64,000 nt of DNA, from positions 1 through 64,000 of the forward strand of contig CAWEXU010000004.1 of assembly GCA_963813075.1 (NCBI GenBank). The letters are read 5' to 3'. The notes beneath the pieces were generated by a model. It had not been told where the DNA came from, made no database searches, and worked only from the letters and a program-made list of their open reading frames with translations. Positions 44,180 through 55,229 of the stretch are shown piece after piece. The position numbers and the translations under genes were made by a program. The DNA comes from Methanotrichaceae archaeon. Lineage in GTDB: Archaea > Halobacteriota > Methanosarcinia > Methanotrichales > Methanotrichaceae. Within the stretch, counting starts at the first letter, position 1; each line of letters starts with the position of its first letter.

Positions 44180-45021
44180 AGCTGGCCTACTATCCGGGAT
44201 GCGTATCTTTGTCCACAGGAAAGGAGATGGACCGATCCACCAGAGCGGTCTTTTCCAAACTAGGAATCGAGCTGGAGGAGCTGGAGGACTGGAACTGCTG
44301 CGGGGCAACGCACGTCTCCAATGAGATGGTGGCAACGGGCCTTGCTGCCCGGAACATGGTCCAGACGGAACTGGATATAGTGACCTCCTGCTCCATCTGC
44401 TACAGCAACCTCAGGGCGGCGGCCATCAAGCTGGAGGATGTGGAGCTCAGAGCTAAAGTGAATGCCGTCCTGGAAAAGGAGTACAAAGGAGCAAAGATTC
44501 GCCATGCTCTGGATGTGATCCTGGAGGTCCTGGAGAAAGATGACCAGGGGATTGTGCTGCCTTTAAAGGAGCTGAAGGTGGCCCCCTATTATGGCTGCCT
44601 GCTCTCCCGCCCTGTGGGGGTGTACAGCCCGGAGTTTCCCGTGGTCTTAGAGAAGTTGATCCGAATTTTGCAGGCGGATGCGGTTGACTTCCGGCTGAAG
44701 ACCTTCTGCTGTGGCGGGCCGATATTCATGCCCAAGGAGGAGGCGGCTGATGAGACTGCCTATCGAATTTTAAGAGATGCCAGGAAGGCGGGGGCGGAGG
44801 TCATAGTGACGGTCTGCCCTCTGTGCCAGCTAATGCTTGACACCAAGCAGAGGTCGCTGGAGCAGCAGCATGGCGAGGAGATAGGAATTCCGGTCCTCTA
44901 TGTGACCCAGCTGGTGGGCATTGCCCTGGGTCTCGGGCCGGATGAGCTGGGGCTGGATATGAATTCAGTATCGCCCATGCCGATGATGGAGCGGATATAC
45001 GAGAAGATGGCAGAAGGGTGA
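44176..45021 (+). CDS. hdrB: Heterodisulfide reductase subunit B
   Basis: YYPGC, WNCCG, YYGC, CCGG, CPLCQ CCG domains. Confidence 0.93.
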   Translation: MKLAYYPGCVSLSTGKEMDRSTRAVFSKLGIELEELEDWNCCGATHVSNEMVATGLAARNMVQTELDIVTSCSICYSNLRAAAIKLEDVELRAKVNAVLEKEYKGAKIRHALDVILEVLEKDDQGIVLPLKELKVAPYYGCLLSRPVGVYSPEFPVVLEKLIRILQADAVDFRLKTFCCGGPIFMPKEEAADETAYRILRDARKAGAEVIVTVCPLCQLMLDTKQRSLEQQHGEEIGIPVLYVTQLVGIALGLGPDELGLDMNSVSPMPMMERIYEKMAEG

Positions 45022-45135
45022 AAAAGAGGGGTGAAAAGAGCCCCTCGCCCCAGGTCCTGCAATAGCCACCTCTTCATAGCAGATCACCGACATGGCTGGA
45101 GGCATTCCGCCGGCCACGATATATGTTCCTTAATG

Positions 45136-46053
45136 CTATGGCTTTTGTGTTTTAATAAATGTACCGTTATTGTACTCCTCGAAGGCAACACGCAACTCGT
45201 CTTTGCTGTTCATCACAATTGGACCGTACCATTCAACCGGCTCGCCGATCGGCCTTCCAGAAAGCAGCAAGAACCTGACGGGATCCGTTTCGGTGAAGGC
45301 CAGAACCTGATCGCCATCTCCGAAGAGGACAAGGTCTCCATTGCCAAGGGAAGCTTCTCGATTCATATCGAAGTAGTTCGCGCCCTCCATCTCATAAGAG
45401 AACGGTTTCTTCTCCCGGCAAAAGTACCCCCTTCCGTCGATGACATAAGCAAATACGGTATGTCCTCGCTTGGTAGGATGCACATATTCCCTTCCGGCAG
45501 GAACAGTTATGTCCAGGTATTCTGGGTCGATGATAATATCTCGCACCGGTCCCTCTTTATCTGCAATTTTTCCGCAAATGACCTTGATCTTCGTGCCGTT
45601 TGGAAGCACTGCTTCAGGGATCTGGTCATTCTTGATATCTCTGTAGCGGGGATCCATCATTTTGTGGGACCTGGGCAGATTGGCCCACAATTGAAAGCCA
45701 TGCATCTTGCCGTCCGGATCTCCTTTGGGCATCTCCTGGTGGATGATCCCGCTTCCCGCCGTCATCCACTGCACATCGCCTGATGAAATATCGCCCTTGT
45801 TTCCCATGCTGTCCGCATGTTCGATATCCCCGCGAAGAACATAGGTGATCGTTTCTATGCCTCTATGAGGATGCCAGGGGAAACCCTTGATATAATCTTC
45901 CGGATTGTCAGAACGAAAATCGTCCAGCATCAGAAATGGATCGAACAATGGAACCTGGCTGTACCCAAATGCTCTTCGCAGGTGCACTCCTGCTCCTTCA
46001 ATCGTTGGTCTACTTCTGAAGACCCTGGCTATTTTTCGGGTTTCATTCATCAT
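45136..46053 (-). CDS. Pirin family protein
   Basis: DPFLMLD, HPHRGIETITY, WMTAGSGIIHQE, QLWANLP. Confidence 0.93.
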   Translation of the reverse strand: MMNETRKIARVFRSRPTIEGAGVHLRRAFGYSQVPLFDPFLMLDDFRSDNPEDYIKGFPWHPHRGIETITYVLRGDIEHADSMGNKGDISSGDVQWMTAGSGIIHQEMPKGDPDGKMHGFQLWANLPRSHKMMDPRYRDIKNDQIPEAVLPNGTKIKVICGKIADKEGPVRDIIIDPEYLDITVPAGREYVHPTKRGHTVFAYVIDGRGYFCREKKPFSYEMEGANYFDMNREASLGNGDLVLFGDGDQVLAFTETDPVRFLLLSGRPIGEPVEWYGPIVMNSKDELRVAFEEYNNGTFIKTQKP

Positions 46054-46177
46054 CAAACACCCTTCCAAACATTTAGACGAACAAAATTTGTTGCCTTCTA
46101 CTTTACTTCTTATGAGATGAAGCTTTTTGCCCTGCGAATAGTGGGCAGGCAAAAAAGAATGCAGATCTCCCCCGCGC

Positions 46178-47310
46178 TCACTGCAGGGGCTGATGGAGCT
46201 TCTTTCAGCTCCTCTGCCCTGCCATGAGCGGCCTCGGCCTCCCCGGTCCTTCCCAGGGCGAAAAGGGCATCGCCCAAGCCCAGCCAGGCCTCGGGATAAT
46301 CGGGGTCGATCTCGATGGCCCGATCGAAGGCATCGATGGCATCCTCAAGTGCTTCCCTGGGTGTGCAGAAGACTGCCTTTCCCCTGCCATGGCCTCCGCA
46401 TCATCCGGATCGATCTCTATCGCCGGTCGTAGGCCTTTATCGCTTCATCCTCCCGGCCAGCGTGCCAGGAGAGGGCATCTGCTTTGCCCATCCAGGCCTC
46501 TTTATTCTGTGGATCGATCTCGATCGCTTTGTCAAATGATGCCACTGCCTCATCAATCCTGCTCAGATTTATCAGAGTAAGTGCCCTGCCCATCCAGGAA
46601 TCTATATCCCGTGTATCGATCTCAATAGCCAAGTCAAAAGCTTTCAGGGCATCATCGAATCTGCCCTGATCGCTGAGAGTTTTGGCCTTGCCGCTCCAGG
46701 CAAATGCGTTGTGTGGATCAATCTCAATGGCCCGGTCAAACGCCTTCAAAGCCTCATCGTACCTTTCCTGGGCCTTGAGGGCAAAGCCTTTGCTAATCCA
46801 TGCCTCTGAATTCCCTGGATCGATCTGGATGGCCATATCGAAAGCTTCTACTGCCTGGTCGTATTTGAAAAGAGATATTGTGGCATTGCCCAAGCCCTGT
46901 CGCATTAGCGCATTGCCCTTGCCAATCCAGGCCCAGGAATTCTGTGAATCAATGTCCGTCGCATTATGAAAAGCCTCCAACGCCTCATCATATCTGCCCA
47001 GATTGTATTGTGAAAAGCCCATATCAATCCAGGCTTCTGCATCATGTGGATTGATCTCTATTGCCCGGTCAAAAGCTTTTATTGCTTCATCATTCTCCCC
47101 TTGGTTGACGAGATTACGACCCTTGCTGATCCATCCTGCTGCATCTTCTGGATCGATCTTGATTGCCTCTTCGTTTGCATCTATCGCCTCGCTATTGCAC
47201 TGTGTGAAGGCCAGAACTTGCAGATTCTGATCATTGGATGATATCTGTCCAGATGCAATCATGCATAGAGCCGCTAAGATAATTGAATAGAAGATAAATT
47301 GCCCTCTCAT
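46178..47310 (-). CDS. Secreted TPR-repeat protein (C-terminal frameshifts; end approximate)
   Basis: Signal peptide, repeated AWISKG...DEALKAFDRAIEIDP. Confidence 0.8.
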
Positions 47311-47471
47311 TTTTACCCCTATATCCAATAGATCTGCGTGATGAAATATTTTGTGTGCTATTAAGGATTGGATCTCAACTGGGAACTGTAAATTCCAGAA
47401 AGTTCCGTTAATAGAGCACCTGACAGTATGATCAATGATAAGAGGCCCCTCGAAAGCTTGCTAGGATAGCG

Positions 47472-47920
47472 CTAAATTTCCGATCTCACCACCTCAATTC
47501 CCGCCTGCTCCAGAAAATCCAGGGCCGTCTGGTCGGGGTAGCAGTGCAGATAGACCACCTTGGCCACACGCGCGTTGATCATCATCTTGGCGCAGAGGAT
47601 GCAGGGCTGGTGGGTGCAGTAGAGCGTCGCTCCCTCGATGGATATGCCGTGCATCGCCGCCTGGATGATGGCGTTCTGCTCGGCATGCACCGCCCGGCAT
47701 AATTCGTGACGGGTGCCCGAGCCACGCCCTCCCGCGCGCAGCCCATCACATCGCAGTGCTCGATACCCGCAGGCGCGCCGTTGTACCCCGTGGTCAGGAT
47801 CCTCTTGTTCTTCACAAAGAGGGCTCCCACCTGGTTGCGCAGACAGGTGGAGCGCTTGGCCACCACCGTGGCGATCTCCATAAAGTACTCATCCAGGCCG
47901 GGACGTTCGATAGGGTGCAT
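47472..47920 (-). CDS. dCMP deaminase family (frameshift ~47720)
   Basis: RSTCLR...TGYNG, HAEQNA, PCILC. Confidence 0.9.
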
Positions 47921-48027
47921 CAGCCTGGATAGCTGCCCTCTTGATTAATAAGCTCTCTTGGAGACTTGTGGCTGTGCTCGGAGCACAACGGAAAGTTAAT
48001 ATCCCCTCCTTGCATCGATTGCGGAAC

Positions 48028-49532
48028 ATGTCTATTCACTGGGCGGATGTCATAGCCGAGAAGCTGGAAGGCTCTGGCCCCCATACCATCGCCACCGGAA
48101 TTACCCCCTCCGGACCGGTCCACATCGGCAACATGCGCGAGGTCATGACCGCAGAGGCGGTCTATCGCGCTCTCCTGGACAGAGGAGTAAAAGCGCGTCT
48201 GATCTACATCGCCGACACCTTCGACCGATTGAGGAGGCTCTACCCCTTCCTGCCGGAGAGCTTCAATGAGCATATCGGCAAGCCCCTCTCGGAGATACCC
48301 TGCCCGAAAGGCTGCTGCGCCAGCTATGCGGACCACTTTCTCAGTCCATTCTTAAAGAGCATGGAGCGGCTCGGCATAAAACCGGAGGTCTTCCGGGCGG
48401 ACGTCCTCTACAAGGAGGGCAAATACAACGATGCCATCAAGACCGCCTTCTCCCGGAAGGACGACATCGCCCGCATATTAAAAGAGGTCTCGGGCCGTGA
48501 CGTTCCCGAGGGCTGGAGCCCGTTTGACGCCATCTGCTCAGTCTGCGGCCGGACGAACACCACCCGCGTTACGGGATTCGACCTGGATGCGGAAACGGTG
48601 GACTATGTCATGCTCTTGCGGCAGCCAGGGCACGGTCCCCATGGCAGGCGGAGGAAAGCTGGTCTGGCGGGTGGACTGGCCGGCCCGCTGGCCCATATTC
48701 CATGTCACTGTGGAGCCCTTCGGCAAGGACCATGCCACCGCCGGCGGCTCATACGATACCGGTAAGCGAATCAGCGAGGAGATCTACAATTATCCCGCTC
48801 CTTTCCCCATGGTCTACGAATGGATCCACCTCAAGGGAGTGGGAGCCATGCACAGCTCCACCGGGATTGTGGTCACCATCCAGGAGATGCTGGACGTCGT
48901 TCCCGCCCGAGGTCCTGCGTTACCTGATCATCCGGAACAAGCCGGAAAAGCACATCGAGTTCGACCCCGGCCTGCCGCTGCTGAGCCTGGTGGACGAGTA
49001 CGACCAGCGAAAAGGGGACGAGAGGGCCATAGAGCTATCCAATGTGAGCAAGAGCGGCCCCTTTGAGATACCATTCAGACATATGGTCACCGCCGTCCAG
49101 ATCGCTCGGGGAGATGAGGAACAGCTCTTCGTCGCCCTGAAGAGATCCGGCTATGATGTCATATCCAGAAGAGAGGAAATCCTGGGCAGAGCCCGGAATG
49201 TGCTGGTCTGGCTGGAGAAGTATGCTCCCCCTTATGTCAAATTCCAGGTGCAAGAAGAGCTACCGGCAGCGGTAAACAACCTCACTCCCTCCGAGCGTCA
49301 GGGCCTGGGGCTGCTTGCCCAGAAGATGGAGGATAAGACCGCCGCCGAGATTCATGATCTGGTCTATGCCGTGGCCAAGGAGATGAACCTGGACTCCAAG
49401 AAGTTCTTCCAGGCGATATACCTGGCCTTCCTGGGAGACAGGCAGGGCCCAAAGGTGGGCTGGTTTTTGGCGAGCCTGGACCGGGATTTTGTCAGGACCA
49501 GGCTGGCTGCGGCATCTGCGTCTTCAGCTTGA
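48028..49532 (+). CDS. lysS: Class I lysyl-tRNA synthetase (two frameshifts)
   Basis: [37 protein letters not shown]. Confidence 0.93.
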
Positions 49533-49565
49533 TGGAGAGGATGGTGAAGGGTGGAAGGGTGAAGG

Positions 49566-50024
49566 ATGGAGGAGATGGCAGATATGGGCCTGGGGCATAG
49601 CCAGAGGCATAGTATCTACCTTTCAGGCCCTCTCTTCTCCGCGGGCGATATCGCCTGGGGAAGAGAGCTCTCTTCCTTTCTGCGCGAGCGGCTGGCAAAT
49701 GCCGGCGTTCAAGTATTCTGGCCCTATGAGCTATCCATAAATCAGCTGGATCCGGAGGAGATATTCCAGGAGAACCTGAGAGCTCTGGACCGCTGCGAGC
49801 TGATGGTGGCCATGCTGGACGGACCCCAGGTGGATGACGGCACCGCCTGGGAGATCGGCCGATTCTTCCATCAGGGCAAAAAGGTCCTGGGGATAAGAAC
49901 GGATATCAGGAAAGGAGGCGAGTCCGATAGCCTCCATGTCAACCTGATGATAGAATGCTCATGTATCTACATAGCCTCAAACATTGCGGAGCTTTATTCA
50001 GAGCTGGAGAGGCTGCTGGAGTGA
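49566..50024 (+). CDS. Nucleoside 2-deoxyribosyltransferase family
   Basis: IYLSGPLFS, DDGTAWEIG, NLMI. Confidence 0.88.
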   Translation: MEEMADMGLGHSQRHSIYLSGPLFSAGDIAWGRELSSFLRERLANAGVQVFWPYELSINQLDPEEIFQENLRALDRCELMVAMLDGPQVDDGTAWEIGRFFHQGKKVLGIRTDIRKGGESDSLHVNLMIECSCIYIASNIAELYSELERLLE

Positions 50025-50824
50025 CAACTTCGGAATCCATTGACTCTGCTGAGCCTTTTTCTTCGCCCTCCCATTCCATCACACCAGTCTTCGATGCCCC
50101 TCTCCTCCTGGCAGAGGGCAAAGAAAGCGTCCTCATCGCCTCCGACCTCCACCTGGGCCTGGAGCACGAGCTATGGCTGGGAGGGGTATCCATACCCAGT
50201 CAGACCAAAAAGATCCTCGACCTCCTGAAAGGACACCTGGAAGTGATCAGGCCGGATAGGCTGATGATCTTAGGAGACCTCAAGCATAATGTCCCCAAGA
50301 TCAGCTGGCAGGAGAGACGAGAGGTCCCGGACTTCCTCCGCCAGCTATCAGGCCAGTTGAAGGTGGAGATCATCCTGGGAAACCATGACAGCAACCTGGC
50401 GGATATGGCCCCCCTGGGGGTGAGAGTGCATCCTTCCACTGGTATCCTGCGAGAGGGCAGGGGCTACTTTCATGGCCATACCTGGCCAGACGAGAGGGTT
50501 ATGGGTGCCGGCATTCTGGTGGCAGCGCACCTGCACCCAGCGGTAAGGCTAAAGGATCCGCTGGGCAACTTCCAGACCCATTCGGTATGGGTCAGAGCGC
50601 CCGTCCGTTCCGAGGTGATAAGAGAGCATTACGGCTTTGACTATCAGGGGGAGATCATCATTATGCCCGCCTTCAATCCCCTTTGCGGCGGCCTGGCACT
50701 CAATGAGCCGGCAGAGGATATGCGCGGCCCTCTGCTGGCGATGGCTGACATGGAACGCGCTCGCCTCTATCTGCTGGATGGAACCGATCTGGGTCAGCTC
50801 GCCAGGATCAGGGCGGCCCAGTAG
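50021..50824 (+). CDS. Metallophosphoesterase
   Basis: SDLHLG, GDLKH, GNHD, HGH, HLHP, MPAF. Confidence 0.9.
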   Translation: MTTSESIDSAEPFSSPSHSITPVFDAPLLLAEGKESVLIASDLHLGLEHELWLGGVSIPSQTKKILDLLKGHLEVIRPDRLMILGDLKHNVPKISWQERREVPDFLRQLSGQLKVEIILGNHDSNLADMAPLGVRVHPSTGILREGRGYFHGHTWPDERVMGAGILVAAHLHPAVRLKDPLGNFQTHSVWVRAPVRSEVIREHYGFDYQGEIIIMPAFNPLCGGLALNEPAEDMRGPLLAMADMERARLYLLDGTDLGQLARIRAAQ

Positions 50825-50887
50825 TGGCCACGATGAACAGCAAGGATTATCAGCTCTTCCTCCGCTTTGCATTCAGGATAAGAGGGA

Positions 50888-51457
50888 TTGAAATTGAATG
50901 ATAGAGATCGACTCCTGGAGCTGCTGATTGAGAGATCGCTGGAGATAAGGCCGGTCACCCTGTCCTCAGGCAGGAAGAGCGACTATTATATAGACTGCAA
51001 AAAGGTTACATTGAGCCCGGAAGGGGCCTATCTTACTGCCAAGCTGATGCTGGAGATCATCCGACCTGAGGTATCAGCCGTGGGTGGTCTGACCTTGGGA
51101 GCGGACCCCATAGTATCATCCATATCCGTCCTGAGCCATCTGCAGGGCAGAGGGCTGGCTGCGCTGATAGTGCGAAAAGAGCCCAAGAAGCACGGCACCA
51201 TGAGCTATGTGGAGGGGCCGGTGCTGGAGAGCGGAACAAAGGTGGCGGTAGTGGAAGATGTTGTCACCTCTGGAGCCTCGCTCTTAAAAGCAATTGATCG
51301 AATTGCCGCTGCTGGCTACGAGCCGGTGCAGGCCCTGGCCATCCTCGACCGCCAGGAAGGCGGACGGGAGGCTATAGAGGAGCGCGGATTCCGTTTGCAG
51401 GCGCTCTATAATCGTGGCGATCTGGGTGTGGATAAGCAGAAGGGCGAAAAACTCTAA
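50888..51457 (+). CDS. pyrE: Orotate phosphoribosyltransferase
   Basis: LSSGRKSDYYIDCK, RKEPKKHG, VVEDVVTSG. Confidence 0.93.
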   Translation: MKLNDRDRLLELLIERSLEIRPVTLSSGRKSDYYIDCKKVTLSPEGAYLTAKLMLEIIRPEVSAVGGLTLGADPIVSSISVLSHLQGRGLAALIVRKEPKKHGTMSYVEGPVLESGTKVAVVEDVVTSGASLLKAIDRIAAAGYEPVQALAILDRQEGGREAIEERGFRLQALYNRGDLGVDKQKGEKL

Positions 51458-51472
51458 AATTTTAGGTGCTCT

Positions 51473-52126
51473 TCAGCGGCTTCGCTCCTTGTCGTGCTCA
51501 GCATAGCGCTCCGATATCTGGTCTGGAGTCTGATCCTCATTCAGGTGAGGAGCATCTTCCGGGCAGTCAGCGCTATAATAGCCGTCCGGGCTCATGGGAA
51601 GGGGACTGTTTGGCATCCAGCCGCTCTGGTTCATCTCAACCCCCCCAGGAGGATAGAATTGAGATGAATTCCCAGGAGCACTGCCGTTTAGTTGAGGCCC
51701 GACGCCAGGGGGCAACATCTGGCCTGGCTGCTGCTGCATAGGCTGGCCAATAGCGGTGACGGGCGACTCCAGGGTCACCTTTCTCCAGTTTCCATCCTCA
51801 GAATACGATACTTGAGAGGCTACAATATAAGTGCCGCTCTGCACTGCTCGTATCGGATAGCTGATAGGAGCGGTTATGCCAGGATATAGCTGCGCGGTCT
51901 GGCCTTCCGGATTGCTGGTCTCAATGCCAGGAGGAAGCCCGGGAGTTATAATCGCCTGAGTGGCATCGCTGCCGTAATAGGTCAGGGTAACTGTAACCAT
52001 TGCATTCTCGCCGACGTTTACCGACGGAGGAACACTCTGTCCGGCCGTCAGCTGTGCCGTGGCCGGTCCCATGAATGCCCCGATCGCCAGGAACAAAAGA
52101 ACCCACACCAAACCCAAGTTTTTCAT
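51473..52126 (-). CDS. Secreted Ig-like protein with P/Q-rich tail
   Basis: Signal peptide, BatD/DUF11-like strand pattern. Confidence 0.7.
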   Translation of the reverse strand: MKNLGLVWVLLFLAIGAFMGPATAQLTAGQSVPPSVNVGENAMVTVTLTYYGSDATQAIITPGLPPGIETSNPEGQTAQLYPGITAPISYPIRAVQSGTYIVASQVSYSEDGNWRKVTLESPVTAIGQPMQQQPGQMLPPGVGPQLNGSAPGNSSQFYPPGGVEMNQSGWMPNSPLPMSPDGYYSADCPEDAPHLNEDQTPDQISERYAEHDKERSR

Positions 52127-52285
52127 CGACCCTCTATTTTTTCCGGCGAGATTTAAAGATAGCTGTCATACGAGATTTATATGAGAGCCATCCCGTGCAT
52201 TGATCACGATTTCTCTACCTGGAGAGGAGAAATTCTCTTTCGCCATACATAAAATACTTATTTGGATTGAAGATATGCATATCTG

Positions 52286-53524
52286 ATGGACGTCTCTTTC
52301 TCTGCCTGGCGGCATTCGCGCGAAGAAAGCTTGCAGCTCAAAGGAGATAGTTTCTCCTTCCTCTTCGATAGGCGTTACACCAATAGGCTCAATAGAATGA
52401 GCCGGGTTTTCTTCGAGGCTTATGTCGTCGCCACCAAAGAGCTGGCCGCGCAGGAGGACCGCTTCCCCAGCCTCAGCGAGATCGACGCAAAGATGGAGAG
52501 CGGCGCTGTATATGCATTCAAGGACCGGCTGATGAAGAACACCGAGTTCTTCGAAGAGGTCAAGATATCCGGCGTCTCCTATCTGGTTCCGCGCGCCCTC
52601 AAATTTGTGGATTCCACAGGCACATATACCGATCTGATCCTGAACTTCGATGAGGGGGCGGTGGTCCTGCCCACGCGCAGGAAAACGCCCTCCCTTGCCG
52701 AGCCGGCGACATCCTCAGATGAAGAGGAAGCGGTCTCCAACGAGCTGGAGGAGGAAACCGAATTAGAAACGGAACCGGAAGAAGAGGCCGCCCCTGAGCC
52801 CAGACAGGAATCCTATTCCGGTCTATTCGAGAAGACGTGGATAGCCATCGCGACGGAGAATGGTGCCGCGGATGTTGCCGAGGCTCCTGTCGCGAAGGCG
52901 GAGGAGAAAGCTCCTCCCAAGGTCGCCGAGCCGGTCCCAGCCACTCCTTTAACGGCAAAGGAAACGCCTATGCCCCCCGCAAAAGCAAGAATGAGCAAAG
53001 AGATGTTGATCGCCATAGTGGCAGGTTTAATCATACTGATAGCGGTGGGGGCGTATCTATTCTCCGGCGGTTTTCCAATAAACGGCCAGGTCTCCAACGG
53101 CTCTGGGAAGCCTTTGATCTTTGTCGATTACTCTGCTTATCTGGTCAATTCCAGCAATGAAAGCTATCTTGGCTTTGACATGAGCAATCCCCAGGGAATG
53201 CCCAATGAGATTGAGATGAAGCTGCCACCAAATATCGATGAAAGCATTAGCGCCCGGGGAGGAATAGTGACCATAGCTCATGGAGCGGACACCCTGGTGA
53301 GGATGAACTCCAGTACCGATGCCAGCGTGAAGATATATCTGCTGAACAACTGGACCCAGGTCCCTCTGACCCTCAGCTTTTCGGGCGCTGAGGACTATGA
53401 TACCAACCTGCAGGTTTATGGCCAGGATTACCTTGTCACGCGCAAGAACGATACCCTGATCTTAAACTTGAATTTGACCGGGGATGGCTTGAAGTTTGAG
53501 CAAAGCTACGCCAAAAAGAGCTAG
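52286..53524 (+). CDS. Bitopic membrane protein (acidic/Pro linker, one TM, extracellular domain)
   Basis: 412 aa ORF, TM IAIVAGLIILIAVGAYLF, N-x-S/T sites after the TM. Confidence 0.75.
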   Translation: MDVSFSAWRHSREESLQLKGDSFSFLFDRRYTNRLNRMSRVFFEAYVVATKELAAQEDRFPSLSEIDAKMESGAVYAFKDRLMKNTEFFEEVKISGVSYLVPRALKFVDSTGTYTDLILNFDEGAVVLPTRRKTPSLAEPATSSDEEEAVSNELEEETELETEPEEEAAPEPRQESYSGLFEKTWIAIATENGAADVAEAPVAKAEEKAPPKVAEPVPATPLTAKETPMPPAKARMSKEMLIAIVAGLIILIAVGAYLFSGGFPINGQVSNGSGKPLIFVDYSAYLVNSSNESYLGFDMSNPQGMPNEIEMKLPPNIDESISARGGIVTIAHGADTLVRMNSSTDASVKIYLLNNWTQVPLTLSFSGAEDYDTNLQVYGQDYLVTRKNDTLILNLNLTGDGLKFEQSYAKKS

Positions 53525-54527
53525 CCTCCTTCTCGCGGTGAGGGCAAAGAAGGAGGATGTAGCTGCCACTCTGAAGATCATCATTGAACAGGGATTGCTG
53601 GATCGCAGCCGAAAGGTGGTGGAGAAGAGCAGCTATGTGGAGATACCGGTCACAGATTTTGTGCCCGGCTTTCAGGTCATATCTCAGAACAGTCCAGTAT
53701 TCTACCGGAAGACGCCGGATCTGACAGAAGCCCTGAAGAGTGAGCTTTTGCCAGAGGAGATAGAGCTTCTTCCTCGAGGATGGCAGATCCTGGGAGAGGT
53801 CATCGTGGTCAAGATCCATCCCCGCCTTAACCTTTACCAGGGCCGCATAGCACAGGCTCTATTGGATTTTTACCCCCGCTGCAAGACCGTCCTGCGTGAC
53901 TATGGCATAGAGGGCCCCTTCAGAGAGCCGATGCGGGAGACGATCGCCGGCACGAAGACAGAGACTGTACATCGAGAGAATGGAGTCACTTTTAACCTCG
54001 ATGCCAGAAAGGTGATGTTCTCGGCAGGCAACCTGAGTGAGCGCATGCGCATGAGCAATCTTGGCCGGGGAGAGTATGTGGTGGACATGTTCGCCGGAAT
54101 TGGCTATTTCTCCATTCCCATGGCCGTTCACTCCCGGCCCAGCAAGATCCTGGCCATCGAATTGAACCCCAATGCTTACCACTATCTCTGCCAGAACATC
54201 AGAATGAATCGGGTAGAGGAGATAGTAGAGCCCGTTCTGGGTGATTGCGCGAAGGTGACTCCAGAGGGGGTGGCGGATAGGGTGGTGATGGGCATGGTCC
54301 AGGTAACCGATCGATATCTTCTAAAGGGGATCGGCGCTCTGCGGCCGGGCGGGGTGCTGCACTATCATCAGACTATACCATCAAGTATGCACCCCAAAAA
54401 GGCTATATGCGACATCGAGGAGGCGGCGAGGGCTATTGGAAGGCGATTCCAGATTCTGAGATGTATTCGGGTGAAGAAGTACTCTCCAGGAGTGGTCCAT
54501 TCGGTAGTGGATGCCAGGATAGAATAG
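53496..54527 (+). CDS. Trm5/Tyw2-family SAM-dependent tRNA modification enzyme
   Basis: HRENG, KVMFSAGN, DMFAGIGYF, ELNP, VKKYSPG. Confidence 0.9.
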   Translation: MSKATPKRASLLLAVRAKKEDVAATLKIIIEQGLLDRSRKVVEKSSYVEIPVTDFVPGFQVISQNSPVFYRKTPDLTEALKSELLPEEIELLPRGWQILGEVIVVKIHPRLNLYQGRIAQALLDFYPRCKTVLRDYGIEGPFREPMRETIAGTKTETVHRENGVTFNLDARKVMFSAGNLSERMRMSNLGRGEYVVDMFAGIGYFSIPMAVHSRPSKILAIELNPNAYHYLCQNIRMNRVEEIVEPVLGDCAKVTPEGVADRVVMGMVQVTDRYLLKGIGALRPGGVLHYHQTIPSSMHPKKAICDIEEAARAIGRRFQILRCIRVKKYSPGVVHSVVDARIE

Positions 54528-54683
54528 CCGTAATGGCGAAATTGCATCGGGATAGAAAGGTCATGACCGCTGCCCGAATGTGCTCAAGAAAACGGATAGG
54601 AGAAGGAAGTCTGTGATAAGGCAGCAGGTATCGAGGAAATGGATCGATAGATTAATAACCACCTGTTGCAAGGTTAGAGGCGA

Positions 54684-54756
54684 AGCCCGGTAGTGTAGCG
54701 GTCAATCACAGGAGGCTCTGGACCTCCTTACCTAGGTTCGAATCCTGGCCGGGCTA
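54684..54756 (+). tRNA. tRNA-Gln(CTG), intronless
   Basis: Acceptor agcccgg/ccgggct, anticodon arm ggagg-ctCTGga-cctcc, T arm ctagg-ttcgaat-cctgg. Confidence 0.95.
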
Positions 54757-54791
54757 CTTTTCCGTATTCGAATTATGCTGTGAAATTCCTT

Positions 54792-55118
54792 TCACGGATC
54801 AATGCGATCTCTCTTCAACTCATCCATGGCCTCTGGGGTGAGCCTGATCTCTGCCAGCTGGATTGCACCCATCGAGGAGATCATCCTGGTCATCATCTCT
54901 GATATCCTCCTCCCCAGGTCTTCCTCTTTGCTGAATAGGGCCATGGATAAAGCATAGCCAAGGTTGTATGCCGTCCAGCTGGCATAGGTGAAGTGGACCA
55001 TCAGATCCTCCACCCTCCCTTCAACCCAGGGGCCATCCGATTCCTCGCAGATCACTCTGGATCGAATCTGATTCAAGCTCTGGATTTCCGCCTCAAACTG
55101 AACTAAACCCTGTCTCAT
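54792..55118 (-). CDS. Hypothetical protein
   Basis: 108 aa ORF with host-like codon use. Confidence 0.65.
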   Translation of the reverse strand: MRQGLVQFEAEIQSLNQIRSRVICEESDGPWVEGRVEDLMVHFTYASWTAYNLGYALSMALFSKEEDLGRRISEMMTRMISSMGAIQLAEIRLTPEAMDELKRDRIDP

Positions 55119-55229
55119 AAGATATCACATCCTTTGTGCTTGGTTTGCTTTCGGCCGTTTTTTCTGTTCCATGCAGCTGTCCAGTTACTGTTTGCCAAAT
55201 AGCTATTGTTTATTAGGCACTCATTCCTA

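Noticed and set aside
48028..49532. lysS pseudogene or programmed frameshift
   Set aside because: Motifs are intact and similar indels occur throughout the window; best explained as sequencing error.
54684..54800. tRNA-Gln as an integration site for an island
   Set aside because: No integrase and no duplicated tRNA 3' end seen in the window.
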